64,000 bases of DNA, taken from positions 2,848,001 through 2,912,000 of the forward strand of contig OY762911.1 of the NCBI GenBank assembly GCA_963666565.1, read 5' to 3'. The position numbers were made by a program, and so were the translations under genes. Source of the stretch: Thermoanaerobaculia bacterium (GTDB lineage: Bacteria > Acidobacteriota > Thermoanaerobaculia > Multivoradales > Multivoraceae). Within the stretch, counting starts at the first letter, position 1. Each line of letters starts with the position of its first letter. Shown here piece after piece: positions 11,298-21,441 of this stretch. Below the pieces are notes generated by a model, which saw only the letters and a program-made list of their open reading frames with translations, did not search any database and was not told where the DNA came from.

Positions 11298-12500
11298 ATG
11301 ACGAAGCGAAGGTGGGCACTCTGGATCGTGGTCGCCGCGGCGGTCGCCGCGGCGGCGTTCCTCGGCACGCGCCCGCCGCGGATCCCGGCGGAACTGGTCC
11401 CGGTCGTCCGCGGCGCGCTGGAGGTCACGATCGACGAGGAGGGCGAGACCCGCGTCCGGGACCGGTTCGTCATCTCGGCGCCCCTCGCCGGCCGCGTGCT
11501 TCGCATCGAACTCGAACCCGGCGACACCGTGGCGGCGGGCGAGACGGTGCTCGCCGTCTTCCTGCCTTCGGCGCCGGTGCTGCTCGACGCCCGCAGCCGG
11601 GCCGAGGCGCAGGCGGTGGTGGAGACCGCGACCGCCGCCCTGGGTCAGGCCGAGGCGCATTTCGATCAGGAGTCGGCCCAACTCGCGTTCGCGCGTTCCG
11701 AGGCGGCACGCTACCTGCAACTCAGCCGGGAGGGCATCGTCTCCGTCGAGGCGATGGAGAGCGCCCAGCTCGACCTCGACACCCGCCAGGAGGCCGTCGA
11801 GGCGGCCGAGTACGCGGTGCGCACGGCCCGTAGCGAACTGCAGACGGCGCGGGTGAGGCTCCTCCAGTTCAGCGCCGAGAGCGCCGACGAGGCCGGCGGC
11901 GCGGCGATCCGGATCGTGTCGCCGGTATCGGGCGTCGTGCTGCGCCGCGTGCGCGAGAGCGAGTCCGTCGTGCCGGCGGGCGAGGCCCTGCTCGAGGTCG
12001 GCGACCCGGACCGGATCGAGATCGTCACGGACTACCTGTCGAAGGACGCCGTCCGCATGAGGTCGGGCCAGCGGGTGCTGATCGACCGCTGGGGCGGCGA
12101 CCGGCCGCTCGAGGGGCGGGTGCGGCGGGTGGAGCCCTCGGGCTTCACGAAGTTCTCGGCGCTCGGGGTCGAGGAGCAGCGCGTGAACGTGGTGATCGAC
12201 ATCGTCGATCCTCCCGCCGTGTGGGCCGGCCTCGGCGACGGTTTCCGGGTCGAGACCCGGGTCGTCGTCTGGGAGAGCGGGGACGAACTGAAGACGCCGA
12301 CCGGCGCGCTCTTCCGTCGCGACGAGGGCTGGGCGGTGTTCGCCGTCGAGGGCGGCCGCGCGAGCTTGAGGCCGATCGAGATCGGCGAGCGGAACGCGCG
12401 GGAAGCCCAGGTGCTCGGCGGTCTCGATGCCGGCGAGCAGGTCGTCGTCTACCCGAGCGACAGCCTGAGCGACGGATCGCCGGTCGCGGCCGAACTCTGA
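11298..12500 (+). CDS. HlyD/RND periplasmic adaptor subunit
   Basis: N-terminal TM, ISAPLAGRV, coiled coil, VSPVSGVVL, FTKFSALGVEEQRV. Confidence 0.88.
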   Translation: MTKRRWALWIVVAAAVAAAAFLGTRPPRIPAELVPVVRGALEVTIDEEGETRVRDRFVISAPLAGRVLRIELEPGDTVAAGETVLAVFLPSAPVLLDARSRAEAQAVVETATAALGQAEAHFDQESAQLAFARSEAARYLQLSREGIVSVEAMESAQLDLDTRQEAVEAAEYAVRTARSELQTARVRLLQFSAESADEAGGAAIRIVSPVSGVVLRRVRESESVVPAGEALLEVGDPDRIEIVTDYLSKDAVRMRSGQRVLIDRWGGDRPLEGRVRRVEPSGFTKFSALGVEEQRVNVVIDIVDPPAVWAGLGDGFRVETRVVVWESGDELKTPTGALFRRDEGWAVFAVEGGRASLRPIEIGERNAREAQVLGGLDAGEQVVVYPSDSLSDGSPVAAEL

Positions 12501-12532
12501 CCGCGGCCGCGGTTCAGTGCGTGATCAGCGCT

Positions 12533-13057
12533 TCAGAACTCCATGCAAAACGTTCCCGCGCCGATATCGACACAGCATGTCAGGACACCTGTGTCGAAGT
12601 CGAAACGACATTGCATGCTTGGTCCTCCCGGTGGATCTGGTGGTTCGTTCCCGCAACGGTCCTTACAGCGCTGGAACTCCGACATACAGGCCTTCGCGCA
12701 ACTGCCGTTGCCTTGACTGCACCCTGACATGCAGTAGTCCTTGTCAGCTGAACAACTGGCGATACAGTCAGCATGATCGTTCGTTTCAGCGTCTGGGGAG
12801 TCTGACGACTGGACCGAGTAGGCTAGCGTCAGGGGTGGGCGGACGAGGTCAGTCAGTCGCAGACGGACTCCGTCTACCCTCCATAGGGACCCCGCCTCGG
12901 GCCGTTGGGCGTAGGTCGGAACCGCCCCGGTGTCTTCAGAAACCGCAGATGCAGCCGAGGGTGTCGAGCCCAGCGCGAGCCCGATGAGAACGACGAGCGA
13001 TCCGATACGGGCCGACTCGCATCGCAAGGAGGATTGAACTTGTTTCCGTCGGATCAT
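12533..13057 (-). CDS. hypothetical secreted cysteine-rich protein
   Basis: Hydrophobic N-terminal segment; four CxxxC motifs with 11-residue period; upstream GGGAG RBS; same strand as and 31 bp downstream of the VWA gene. Confidence 0.6.
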   Translation of the reverse strand: MIRRKQVQSSLRCESARIGSLVVLIGLALGSTPSAASAVSEDTGAVPTYAQRPEAGSLWRVDGVRLRLTDLVRPPLTLAYSVQSSDSPDAETNDHADCIASCSADKDYCMSGCSQGNGSCAKACMSEFQRCKDRCGNEPPDPPGGPSMQCRFDFDTGVLTCCVDIGAGTFCMEF

Positions 13058-13088
13058 AGCGGACTCCCGTAAGTCGTAGCCTTCAACT

Positions 13089-14876
13089 CTACTTGGGCGA
13101 TATCTCGAACCGGGCCTCAGACGACTCCTCGGACCACAAGTCGTCCACGCGCACCACGACGGAATGTGGCAGGCGACGGAGGGTCAGGCTGGCGTGGAAG
13201 GGGAACTTCGCGTCGGAAGAAGGAGGCGTTCGCGGCCGCAGGGTCAACGGAACCGCAGCGTGGCTCGCAAGCCGCCCCATCCGGTCGATGGCACCGATGC
13301 GCACTTCAAGTTGTTGCACGAAGCCATCTGGGCCCGGCATGGCGGGGAAGGCACCGACCGGCAGTTCGAGGTGAAGGGGGACCTTCATCAGTCTACCGCC
13401 GATCCTCTCCGGTGGCCCGGCTCGACCTTCGAACGCGCTCGCCGAATCGCTCACCGAGCGGAAGAGGAGCGAGCGGTGAAGCTCCATCTGCCGGCGAGTG
13501 TCCAGGGCGAGATCGAGGAAGCTCCGTCGCGCGCGCAGATCGAGGCCCGGTTTCCGGACCTCGACGCGAACGTCGTGGACTACGTCATCGCGCCGATAGT
13601 CCGGCGCGAAGCCCAGCCAGTAGTAGTTCGACGCGTCCTTGTGGGCCCGCGACAGGGCGGTCAGGTTGGCCCCGGCCAGAAACGCCCTTCCGCCCGTATC
13701 GCGGGCGATCATCCGCAGGTTCTGCCAGAGCGGTGTGTTTGGGTTCGTCGTCGCCTGATCGACCGGGTACACCGTATAGCCGAGCAGGTTCGCCGTGTTC
13801 ACGATCTCCGTCAGGAGCTCTCGATCGGTCCGCAGCGCGAGACTCTCTCCCGCCGGCCGAAAATCCCCCGTGGGCCAGTTTCCCGCAACAAGGAGGAGCA
13901 TCTTCCGCCCTCCTGACGGGTCGAGTGCCCGCATCGCCGAACTCACGGACGACGCGGAAAGGCCCAGGAGACGCTCCAGCCAAACGGCTCGGGCCTCCTG
14001 CTCGAAGGTCCTCGGGATCATCCGCTCCAGAGTGTTACCGGAAGCAGCCACATACTCGGCCAGAGGTAAGTCGGACGGAAGTGGCGAAGTCTCTCCCCTC
14101 AGCGCCGCCGGGCCCGACGTGAAGGTCCCGTTGACGGGATTTTCGGCGGAGATGGGCTGCTGCAGCCCCGCTGGCAGGAGCGTGCCAGTGCGCAGGGGAC
14201 TCGTTCCGCCGCCTCCCGGCTGGAACAGCGCGTTGAGCCATCCCTTCGTCAATGCGCCGCGGAAGCGATTGCCGCGGGCCAACTCGTTCAGCGCAGCGCG
14301 GCTCTTGGTCCGGTCCGTGGTGAAGCCGGATAGCAGTTCGAGGCGCCCCCAGGACTTCGCGACCACGGCCACCCGGACCTCGGGCATCAAGCCGTCGAGC
14401 CCATCGGCGAGGCCATCCAGTACCGGCCGCCGGAACGCCTGAATCGTGTGGTCGTCGTCTACGAAGATCAGGTAGTTCGTTGTGACCGCGCCGCCGTCGC
14501 CGGCTGAAGGCGGTGCGACGCCGTCCGGAGTCGCCGCGGTTCGGCCGTCGGCGACTTCGGTGAAGTGGTCGATGGGGACCGCGACGCCGTCCACGAGCAG
14601 TCGGAAGTCCTCCGCGGTCAGTCCTTTGATCCGGCGTCCGTCCTTGTCCTCGACCACGACCTCCACGTTGATGACGCGGACGTCGACCGTTTCGCCGAAA
14701 GCCGCTTCGGGCGTCTGGGCCGGGGCCTGCGCTTGAGCCGAGACGGCCGCAACGAAGGCCAGCGGCAGGAGGGGAAGGCCCCGCCAGCGTCGGCGGGACG
14801 GCCGCACTGAACTTGCCGTCTCGTAGTCCGCAAACGCGGGGCAGGTCCGACGTGGCGGGTGAGCGACTGGGTTCAT
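13089..14876 (-). CDS. VWA domain protein, Acidobacterial VWFA-related type
   Basis: FGETVDVRVINVEVVVEDKDG..GLTAEDF, LIFVDD, ARDTGGRAF, YYWLGF; the true start may lie slightly downstream. Confidence 0.8.
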   Translation of the reverse strand: MNPVAHPPRRTCPAFADYETASSVRPSRRRWRGLPLLPLAFVAAVSAQAQAPAQTPEAAFGETVDVRVINVEVVVEDKDGRRIKGLTAEDFRLLVDGVAVPIDHFTEVADGRTAATPDGVAPPSAGDGGAVTTNYLIFVDDDHTIQAFRRPVLDGLADGLDGLMPEVRVAVVAKSWGRLELLSGFTTDRTKSRAALNELARGNRFRGALTKGWLNALFQPGGGGTSPLRTGTLLPAGLQQPISAENPVNGTFTSGPAALRGETSPLPSDLPLAEYVAASGNTLERMIPRTFEQEARAVWLERLLGLSASSVSSAMRALDPSGGRKMLLLVAGNWPTGDFRPAGESLALRTDRELLTEIVNTANLLGYTVYPVDQATTNPNTPLWQNLRMIARDTGGRAFLAGANLTALSRAHKDASNYYWLGFAPDYRRDDVVHDVRVEVRKPGLDLRARRSFLDLALDTRRQMELHRSLLFRSVSDSASAFEGRAGPPERIGGRLMKVPLHLELPVGAFPAMPGPDGFVQQLEVRIGAIDRMGRLASHAAVPLTLRPRTPPSSDAKFPFHASLTLRRLPHSVVVRVDDLWSEESSEARFEISPK

Positions 14877-15314
14877 GGCACTACGCTACCAAGAGTGTGG
14901 ACGACCTCGCCGCTTGGGTGCTTATCGAGGTTAGCCACTTGGCGCGCTCCGGGTCACGAACGAAGCGAGGAGACTGTACTTGGCTCATGGTCAGACAGGC
15001 AACAGTTACTCCGACGTATCCTGCGGCACCGTTCTCCGTCCTCCAAGAAAGCGGTCGAGAGTGCGCCGAAGAAGACCAAGTTCGCGTTCATGAGCACCTG
15101 TTCCTGGTGGCCCGACGGACGCACACGCTACACAGCATCGGCGTTGTCTTGTCTGGCTCGAACCAGCTGCGTCGGCGGTTCAGGCGCAGGGGTCGCCGGA
15201 GACGCTGTTGGTGACCAGGCCGGCGCCCGTTTCGGATGCGCTGAACCCTAGGCGGTTCAACGGCCGCTCCTCAGCCGTCGGCCGGGTACGACGCCGTCGG
15301 GCGCGGCGATCACT

Positions 15315-16268
15315 TTAGTCGGCTATCTGAAACGGCGCCGACCATTCCATCGTGCCCCAGCGGATCGTCAGCATCCCGGCTGCGCCGTCCATCTCCAGCA
15401 CGCCCTCCGTCTGCTCCGCCGGTTCGTCGAGGGTGCGGAAGGCCAGCGGCGTCTCGCCGGCGTCGTGTTCCGCCATGTGCATCGTGCCCCAGACGTCGGC
15501 CAGGTGGTTGAAGACGAGCTTCCAGCCGTCTCCCTCGCGCTTGAGCCAGAGGCTGTAGACGCCGGGGTAGGTAGGCCCGTGGTTGTGGGCGGCCACTTCC
15601 GCGTCCTCGAACGCCAGGTCGGCGTCTGTCCAGAACTTGAACGGCTTGCCGTGGATCGGCCCCAGGACCTCGCCGTCGGCGAGAGTCTCCAGCTTGTCGT
15701 AGTCGGGGCCGGGCGCCGGCAGGAGGTCGAAGCGGAGCCGGATCGCCTGCCCGTCGACTTCGACCCGGGACTGGGCGAGGTCGTCGCGGTCGCCGACCGG
15801 CTGGCGCTCGACGATGATGCCGGCCGCTTCGGCGGCCTCCTTCGTCACGCCCTTGACGTCGGCGTTGAAGAAGCCGGTCTCCAGCTTCCCGGCCAGTTCG
15901 TCGCCCTCCCGCGCGAGTTCCAGCTCGACCGGCACGAGCTGGCCGCCGAGTTCGAGGTTCCACTTGAGCAGGACGCCCGTCCCGGTGCGGGCGATGTTCT
16001 CGACCGTCACGTCGGCCAGGCGGGCCAGGTAGAAATCGGCTATCGCCTTGCCGTCGTCGTCGGCGAACGTGATCAGGCTGTTGAGCGAGCCCTGCTGGGT
16101 GAGCACCTCGAGCACCCACTCGCCGAGAAACGGCTCGATCTCGGCCGTGTCGGCGCGCTCGGCGGACGCTGGCGCCGGCGGCGGTTCCTGGGCCAGTGCC
16201 GGTCCGGCCAGCAGAAGCGCGGCCAGGAACGGGAGGACGTTGGGTCTGCGGTGCGGGTCTTTTGCCAT
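15315..16268 (-). CDS. secreted protein with a C-terminal DUF2911-like domain
   Basis: Signal peptide; PGVYSLW..WKLVFN..WGT..LTIRWG pattern resembles DUF2911. Confidence 0.6.
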   Translation of the reverse strand: MAKDPHRRPNVLPFLAALLLAGPALAQEPPPAPASAERADTAEIEPFLGEWVLEVLTQQGSLNSLITFADDDGKAIADFYLARLADVTVENIARTGTGVLLKWNLELGGQLVPVELELAREGDELAGKLETGFFNADVKGVTKEAAEAAGIIVERQPVGDRDDLAQSRVEVDGQAIRLRFDLLPAPGPDYDKLETLADGEVLGPIHGKPFKFWTDADLAFEDAEVAAHNHGPTYPGVYSLWLKREGDGWKLVFNHLADVWGTMHMAEHDAGETPLAFRTLDEPAEQTEGVLEMDGAAGMLTIRWGTMEWSAPFQIAD

Positions 16269-16360
16269 GCCGGATAGGCCCTCCTGGTGAACGGGATTCC
16301 CGCGGACGGGTCCGGTCGTCCGCGACGGGCGAGTCTACTAACAGCGGACGCGCCGTTGAC

Positions 16361-17557
16361 TCAGAAGTAGTCGGGCATGGAAGGCGGCGGACCGGCGAAG
16401 ATCCGGTCGGCCTCGTTCAGGGACGCGGCCGGTCCTTCCGCCAGGCCCAGGTCGGCCAGGCGGCGGGCGCTGAGGTGGCCGGTGTAGAGCGATGCGAGAG
16501 CGCGGATGTCCAGGCGCAGCGTGCCGGGCCCGGCCTCGCGCTCCGCGCGGGCGAGTTCGCCGGCGCCGCCGTCGACGCGGAGCGTCCAGCGGCCCCGGTT
16601 CCCGGCCAGGACGTCGTCCTCGACCTCGAGATCGAGGCGGGCGGCGAGACCGGGCGGATAGCCGCGTTCGCCGAACGCGGCGCCGATATCGACGATCCGC
16701 AGCATCCAGGTCTCGGCCACGGAGATCTCGGTGCCGAGCTCCGGCACGTGGAGCAGCAGGTGGTCGTCCAGCGCGCCGTGCCAGGTCGCGTCTCGCGCCA
16801 GGGTCCGGCAGTCCGCGAACAGCGCGAGGATCCGGCGGGCGGCGCGGGCGTTCGCGGCCTGCACGTCGCGGACCTCGATGCTGTAGGGGTAGCGTTCCGG
16901 CTCGCCCTGGGTGTAGACGACGTAGCCGTCCAGTCCGCCGTTCTCGCCCGGAACCGCATAGCCGTGAATCTCCTCGCCGCCGAGGTCGCGGTAGACCCGG
17001 TCCCAGATGAAGCGGTCGCGGTCGAGCCAGCCGTTGCGGTATGTGGCGAGGCGCCGGTAGAGCCGCTCGATGTCCTTGCGGTCGGCGTCCCGGTCGAGCC
17101 GCCGCAGCTCGCCATCGGCGACGATGCGGCCGACCCCGGCCAGGGGCAGGCGGTAGCGGTAGCGGTGGCCGGCGACGGCGTAGCCGGCGCGGCCGTAGAG
17201 CGTGAAGGTCGTGGGGTAGAGGGTCGAGACCGCGACGCCCTCCTCGCGGAGTTCGGCGAGCATCGACGTCATCAGCGTCTTCGCGGCGCCGCGGCCGCGG
17301 GCCGTCGGGTCGACCGCGACGCTGGCGATGCCCACGTTGCGGACGGAGCGGCCGCCCAGGAAGAGGCCCATCCGGAACTGGACGAGCCCTCCCACGACGT
17401 CGCCGCCGCGTCGCACCAGGCGCACGCCGTCCCGCATCGCCCGCAGCCCGGCGAGGCAGGAGTCGCGCGGGGCGTTGAAGGCCAGTGCGTCGTTGGCGGC
17501 CTGGGCCTCCAGTTCCGCGTCGTCGCGGATGGCGCCGAAGTCGAGCCGGTCGGTCAC
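16361..17557 (-). CDS. Eis-like GNAT acetyltransferase with C-terminal SCP2-like domain
   Basis: GIASVAVDPTARGRGAA, STLYP..LYGRAGY, WMLRIVD, LASLYTG, C-terminal MPDYF; GTG start inferred. Confidence 0.85.
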   Translation of the reverse strand: MTDRLDFGAIRDDAELEAQAANDALAFNAPRDSCLAGLRAMRDGVRLVRRGGDVVGGLVQFRMGLFLGGRSVRNVGIASVAVDPTARGRGAAKTLMTSMLAELREEGVAVSTLYPTTFTLYGRAGYAVAGHRYRYRLPLAGVGRIVADGELRRLDRDADRKDIERLYRRLATYRNGWLDRDRFIWDRVYRDLGGEEIHGYAVPGENGGLDGYVVYTQGEPERYPYSIEVRDVQAANARAARRILALFADCRTLARDATWHGALDDHLLLHVPELGTEISVAETWMLRIVDIGAAFGERGYPPGLAARLDLEVEDDVLAGNRGRWTLRVDGGAGELARAEREAGPGTLRLDIRALASLYTGHLSARRLADLGLAEGPAASLNEADRIFAGPPPSMPDYF

Positions 17558-17585
17558 GGTGCCGGAGTCTACTTGCCTCTCAGCA

Positions 17586-17628
17586 CTGGGTACGCGGGTC
17601 TTCCGACCCGCTGCCGCCGAAGGCGGCC
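17586..17628 (+). repeat. REP-like palindromic element, copy 1
   Basis: ctgggtacGCGGGTCttccGACCCGCtGCCGCCgaaGGCGGC; related copies at 27243, 30498, 60725 and 60822. Confidence 0.8.
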
Positions 17629-17750
17629 GGGAGTACGAGCCGGCCGCAAGGCCGGCCACGCTGGCGGCGCCGGGTTGCCGTCTCTCGATCGTGTGGGGCA
17701 AGATCCCCGGAGGCCCCGCTGGCGGGCGCCTTCTCGACGGGTTTCAGAAG

Positions 17751-18830
17751 TTGACGGCAATCGTCCGAACGGAGCGGCTGAGCAAGAGCTACGGCGCGGT
17801 GACCGCGCTCGACGGCGTCGGCTTCGAGTGCAAGGCGGGCGACGTGGTCGGCGTTCTGGGGCTCAACGGCGCCGGCAAGTCGACGCTGCTCAGGATCCTG
17901 GCCGGCGAGCTTCTGCCCAGCGGCGGCAGCGTCTCGATCGGAGGGGTGGAACTGGGGGCCGACTCGCGGGCGATGCGTTCGCTGGTGGGCTACCTGCCCG
18001 AGGAACCGCCGCTCTACCGGGAGATGCGCGTGCGCGACTACCTCGCCTTCGCCGGCGCGCTGAACGGCGTGCCCCGGCCGGAGCTTCCGGGCCGCATCGC
18101 GGCGGTGGCCGAACGGGTCCACGTCGACGATCACCTGGACCGCGAGATCGGCGAGCTGTCGATGGGCTACCGCAAGCGCGTCGGCATCGCCCAGGCGATC
18201 CTGCACGAGCCGGACGTCGTCCTGCTCGACGAGCCCGTGTCCTCACTCGACCCGGCCGAGATCGTCGGCATGAGGGAACTCGTGCGCTCCCTGGGCGGCC
18301 GGCGGACCGTGTTCACCTCGTCCCACCACCTGCGCGAGGTCCACGAGACCTGCGACTCGATCCTCGTGCTCCACGAGGGCGCGCTGGTCGCCCACGGCAC
18401 GCAGGAAGAACTCGGCGCCCTCGCGGGCCGGATGCGGATCGAGGTGGAGGTCCGGGGTCCGGTCGAGGCCGCTCTGTCGAGCCTTCCCGCGGGCGCCGCG
18501 GCGGTCGCCTCGGCGGAACTCGGCGGCGGCCTGGCCGCCGTCACGATCGAGCTGGCGGAGGCGTCGCGGGAGGAGGTCGTGGCCCGCCTCGTAGCGGCGG
18601 GCCTGGGCGTGCGCCGGGTCGAGCCGGTGCGCTCCGACCTGGAACGGATCTTCCTCGACATCGTCTCGAACGACGGCGTTGCCGAGGCGTCTGGCGCCGC
18701 CGCCGGGGATGCCGGAGCCGCCGCCGGGGATGCCGGAGCCGCCGCCGGGGATGCCGGAGCCGCCGCCGGGAATGCCAGAGCCGGTGACGGGGGTTCCGGC
18801 GCCCGCGCCGCGGGGATCGGCGACCGATGA
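17751..18830 (+). CDS. ABC transporter ATP-binding protein (GldA-like)
   Basis: GLNGAGKST, LSMGYRKRVGIAQA, LLDEP; TTG start inferred. Confidence 0.85.
   Translation: MTAIVRTERLSKSYGAVTALDGVGFECKAGDVVGVLGLNGAGKSTLLRILAGELLPSGGSVSIGGVELGADSRAMRSLVGYLPEEPPLYREMRVRDYLAFAGALNGVPRPELPGRIAAVAERVHVDDHLDREIGELSMGYRKRVGIAQAILHEPDVVLLDEPVSSLDPAEIVGMRELVRSLGGRRTVFTSSHHLREVHETCDSILVLHEGALVAHGTQEELGALAGRMRIEVEVRGPVEAALSSLPAGAAAVASAELGGGLAAVTIELAEASREEVVARLVAAGLGVRRVEPVRSDLERIFLDIVSNDGVAEASGAAAGDAGAAAGDAGAAAGDAGAAAGNARAGDGGSGARAAGIGDR
18696..18779 (+). repeat. 21-bp in-frame tandem repeat (3 perfect + 1 degenerate copies)
   Basis: Unit gccgccgccggggatgccgga encoding AAAGDAG. Confidence 0.9.
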
Positions 18831-19549
18831 ACGCGGTCCTGCTGATCGCCCGCCGCGAGTTGCGCGCCGCCTTCGCCGGGCTCTACGGCTGGGCGATCCT
18901 GGCCCTGGTCCTCATGCTCGACGGCCTGTTCTTCAACGCGTACACGCTGGGCAGCCAGCGGCCCTCGTCCGAGGTGCTGAGCCTGTTCTTCTACGCGAAC
19001 TTCGGCGTCACGATGGCGGCGGCCGTGTTCGTGACGATGCGCTCCTTCGCCGCCGAGCGGGAGCAGCGCACCCTGGTGCTGCTGCTGACCTCGCCCGCCG
19101 GCGACTGGCAGGTGGTGCTCGGCAAGTACCTGGGCGCGCTGGGCTTCGTGCTCTGCACGGTGGCGGCCGCGGCCTACATCCCGGCGATGGTCTGGCTCAA
19201 GGGCAACCTGGAGTGGGGGCAGGCGGCGGCCGGCTACCTCGGCATCGCGCTCGCGGCCGCGGTCTGCACCGCGATCGGCATCTTCTGTTCGGCAACGGCC
19301 CCGAACCAGTTGGCCGCGGGCGTCTCGGCTGGCTTCCTGGTCACGCTCCAGGTCCTGTTCTGGCTCCTCTCCGGAATCAGCGAGCCGCCGCTCGACGGCG
19401 TGTTCGCCGCGATGGACCTCTACCGCGAGCACTTCGAGCCGTTCCAGGACGGCGCGGTCCACCTGAAGACCCTGGTCTACGCGCCGACGGTCTCCTTCCT
19501 GTTCCTGCTCGGCAGCGTGCGCGTGCTGCAGGCGCGGAGGTGGACGTGA
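18827..19549 (+). CDS. ABC-2 permease (GldF-like)
   Basis: IARRELRAAF, TMRSFAAERE..LLLTSP..VVLGKYLG; multiple TM helices. Confidence 0.85.
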   Translation: MNAVLLIARRELRAAFAGLYGWAILALVLMLDGLFFNAYTLGSQRPSSEVLSLFFYANFGVTMAAAVFVTMRSFAAEREQRTLVLLLTSPAGDWQVVLGKYLGALGFVLCTVAAAAYIPAMVWLKGNLEWGQAAAGYLGIALAAAVCTAIGIFCSATAPNQLAAGVSAGFLVTLQVLFWLLSGISEPPLDGVFAAMDLYREHFEPFQDGAVHLKTLVYAPTVSFLFLLGSVRVLQARRWT

Positions 19550-21441
19550 ATCGGCTGCGACGCGCGGCGCCGGCGCTGTGGCTCGGCGGTTCCGCCCTGA
19601 TCCTGGCCGGCGAGCGCTACGCCGGGCCGGGAACGGTCCGCTGGCTGCTCGACGGGGCGGGGGCGGCGCTCGCGGCGGCTGCTCTCGCGGTCTGCGCGAG
19701 GGAGTTCGCGGGCGCGAGCGGCTCGGCGCGGGCCGCGGCGAAGCGGGCGCTCGGATTCTACGGTCTGGCGGCGCTGGGGTTGCTGCTCCATCCGCTGAGC
19801 TGGAGCGGAATGGCCGACCGGCTCGACTTCGACGACGACGGCGCCGCAACCTGGCGGGCGGTGTGGACGGTGGCCTGGCTGCTGGCCTGGTGGGTGGGAA
19901 CGGCGGCGGCGGTCGGCGGCGACTGGGTCCGCTACCGGGGCGGCGGCCTGGAACCGCGCCGGGTGCGGGCCGCGACCGCGGCGGCGGCCAGCCTGGCCCT
20001 CGCCGTGGCCTGGGTGTTCGCCCTCAACTACACGGCCGGCGAACGCGACCGGCTGTGGGAGTGGAGCGCCCGCAGCAGGGCGCGGGTGTCGGAAGCGACG
20101 CTGGAACTCGTCGGTGCGCTGCGCGAGCCGGTCCAGGTCGTCGCGTTCTTCCCGCCCGCGAACCGGGTGCTGCGCCGGATCGAGCCGTTCCTCGGCGAGG
20201 TCGCGGCGGCCGGTCCGGTGGAGGTGACGGTGCTCGACCAGGCGCTGGAACCGACCAGGGCGGCCGAACTCGGCGCCCGCGAGAACGGCGTGCTCTTCCT
20301 CCTGCGCGGAGGCGACCAGCGGCGGATCGAGCTCGACGTGGACTACGACCGGGCGAAGCGCAGCCTGGGATCGCTCGACCGGGACTTCCAGGAGGCCCTG
20401 CTCGAGATCGGACGGGAACGGCGGACCCTCTACGTGACGGCGGGGCACGGCGAGCGGGGCGAGTACGCGAACGACGTCGGCGAGCCGGGGCTCGGCAACG
20501 CCTTCGCGATCCTGAGAGCGCTCAACGTGAGCACCCGGAATCTGCCGGTGGCCGACTTGATCCAGGACCTGCCGCCGGATGCCGGCGTGGTCGCGGCCTT
20601 CGGGCCGACCCGGCGCTTCCTGCCCGAGGAAGCCGACAGCCTGCGCCGCTTCTGGAACCGGGGCGGGTCCATCCTGCTGCTGCTGGAGCCGGGGGTGGAC
20701 CACGGGTTGGACGAACTGCTGGCCGAGATGGCCGTGCGGCGGCTCGACGGCACGGTCGCGAACGAGCGCTACCACCTGCGCCGGGACGGCGGCGCGAGCG
20801 ACCGGAGGCTGCTCGTGACGAACCGCTTCGGCAGCCACGCGACCGTCAGCGATCTTTCGCGAGCGTCGAGCCGGATCGGGCTGGTGCTCGAAGGGGCCGC
20901 AGGGCTGGAGGGCGTGGCCGGCGGCCCGGCGCGGTCGAGCGTGCTGGTGCGGCCGATGACCGGGAGCTGGCTCGAGATCGACGGCGACTTCGAGCGCGAC
21001 GGCGATGCGGAACCGGACCGGATCGAGGCGCTGGCGATGGCCTCGACGTTGCCGGCGGAGGACGCGGGGAACGCCGCCGACTCGGGGAACGCGGGCGTGT
21101 CGCCCCCCGCGCAAGGCGGCGTCGAGAGCCGTGCCATCGTCATCGGCGACGTCGACGCGCTGAACGACGACTACGTCTACGTCAGCGGTCCGGGCGCTAT
21201 GTCGGCCAACGCCAAGCTGCTGCTCGACGCCTACGTGTGGCTGGCGCGGGAAGGCGAGACGGCGGTCGCCAGCGTGCCGGGGGACGACGATCCCGTTCTC
21301 CAGCGCACCCGCGGCGAGTCGATCCGCTGGTTCCTCGGCACCGTCTTCGGCGTGCCGGCTTTGGTGCTGGCCGCGGGCTTCGGGTTCGTGCGCCGCCGCC
21401 GGCCGGGCGGCCGGCCGCGGCGGGGGAGGCGAGAACCGTGA
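19546..21441 (+). CDS. GldG family ABC auxiliary protein
   Basis: N-terminal TMs, YVTAGHGE, GPTRRFLPEE, GGSILLLLEP, C-terminal TM. Confidence 0.8.
   Translation: MNRLRRAAPALWLGGSALILAGERYAGPGTVRWLLDGAGAALAAAALAVCAREFAGASGSARAAAKRALGFYGLAALGLLLHPLSWSGMADRLDFDDDGAATWRAVWTVAWLLAWWVGTAAAVGGDWVRYRGGGLEPRRVRAATAAAASLALAVAWVFALNYTAGERDRLWEWSARSRARVSEATLELVGALREPVQVVAFFPPANRVLRRIEPFLGEVAAAGPVEVTVLDQALEPTRAAELGARENGVLFLLRGGDQRRIELDVDYDRAKRSLGSLDRDFQEALLEIGRERRTLYVTAGHGERGEYANDVGEPGLGNAFAILRALNVSTRNLPVADLIQDLPPDAGVVAAFGPTRRFLPEEADSLRRFWNRGGSILLLLEPGVDHGLDELLAEMAVRRLDGTVANERYHLRRDGGASDRRLLVTNRFGSHATVSDLSRASSRIGLVLEGAAGLEGVAGGPARSSVLVRPMTGSWLEIDGDFERDGDAEPDRIEALAMASTLPAEDAGNAADSGNAGVSPPAQGGVESRAIVIGDVDALNDDYVYVSGPGAMSANAKLLLDAYVWLAREGETAVASVPGDDDPVLQRTRGESIRWFLGTVFGVPALVLAAGFGFVRRRRPGGRPRRGRREP

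Noticed and set aside
14813-15251. Short + strand ORFs upstream of the VWA gene
   Set aside because: No motifs, no clear RBS and atypical codon usage; more likely non-coding or regulatory sequence.
18696-18779. Tandem repeat as a CRISPR array
   Set aside because: No spacers, in frame within a CDS, and no cas genes in the window.
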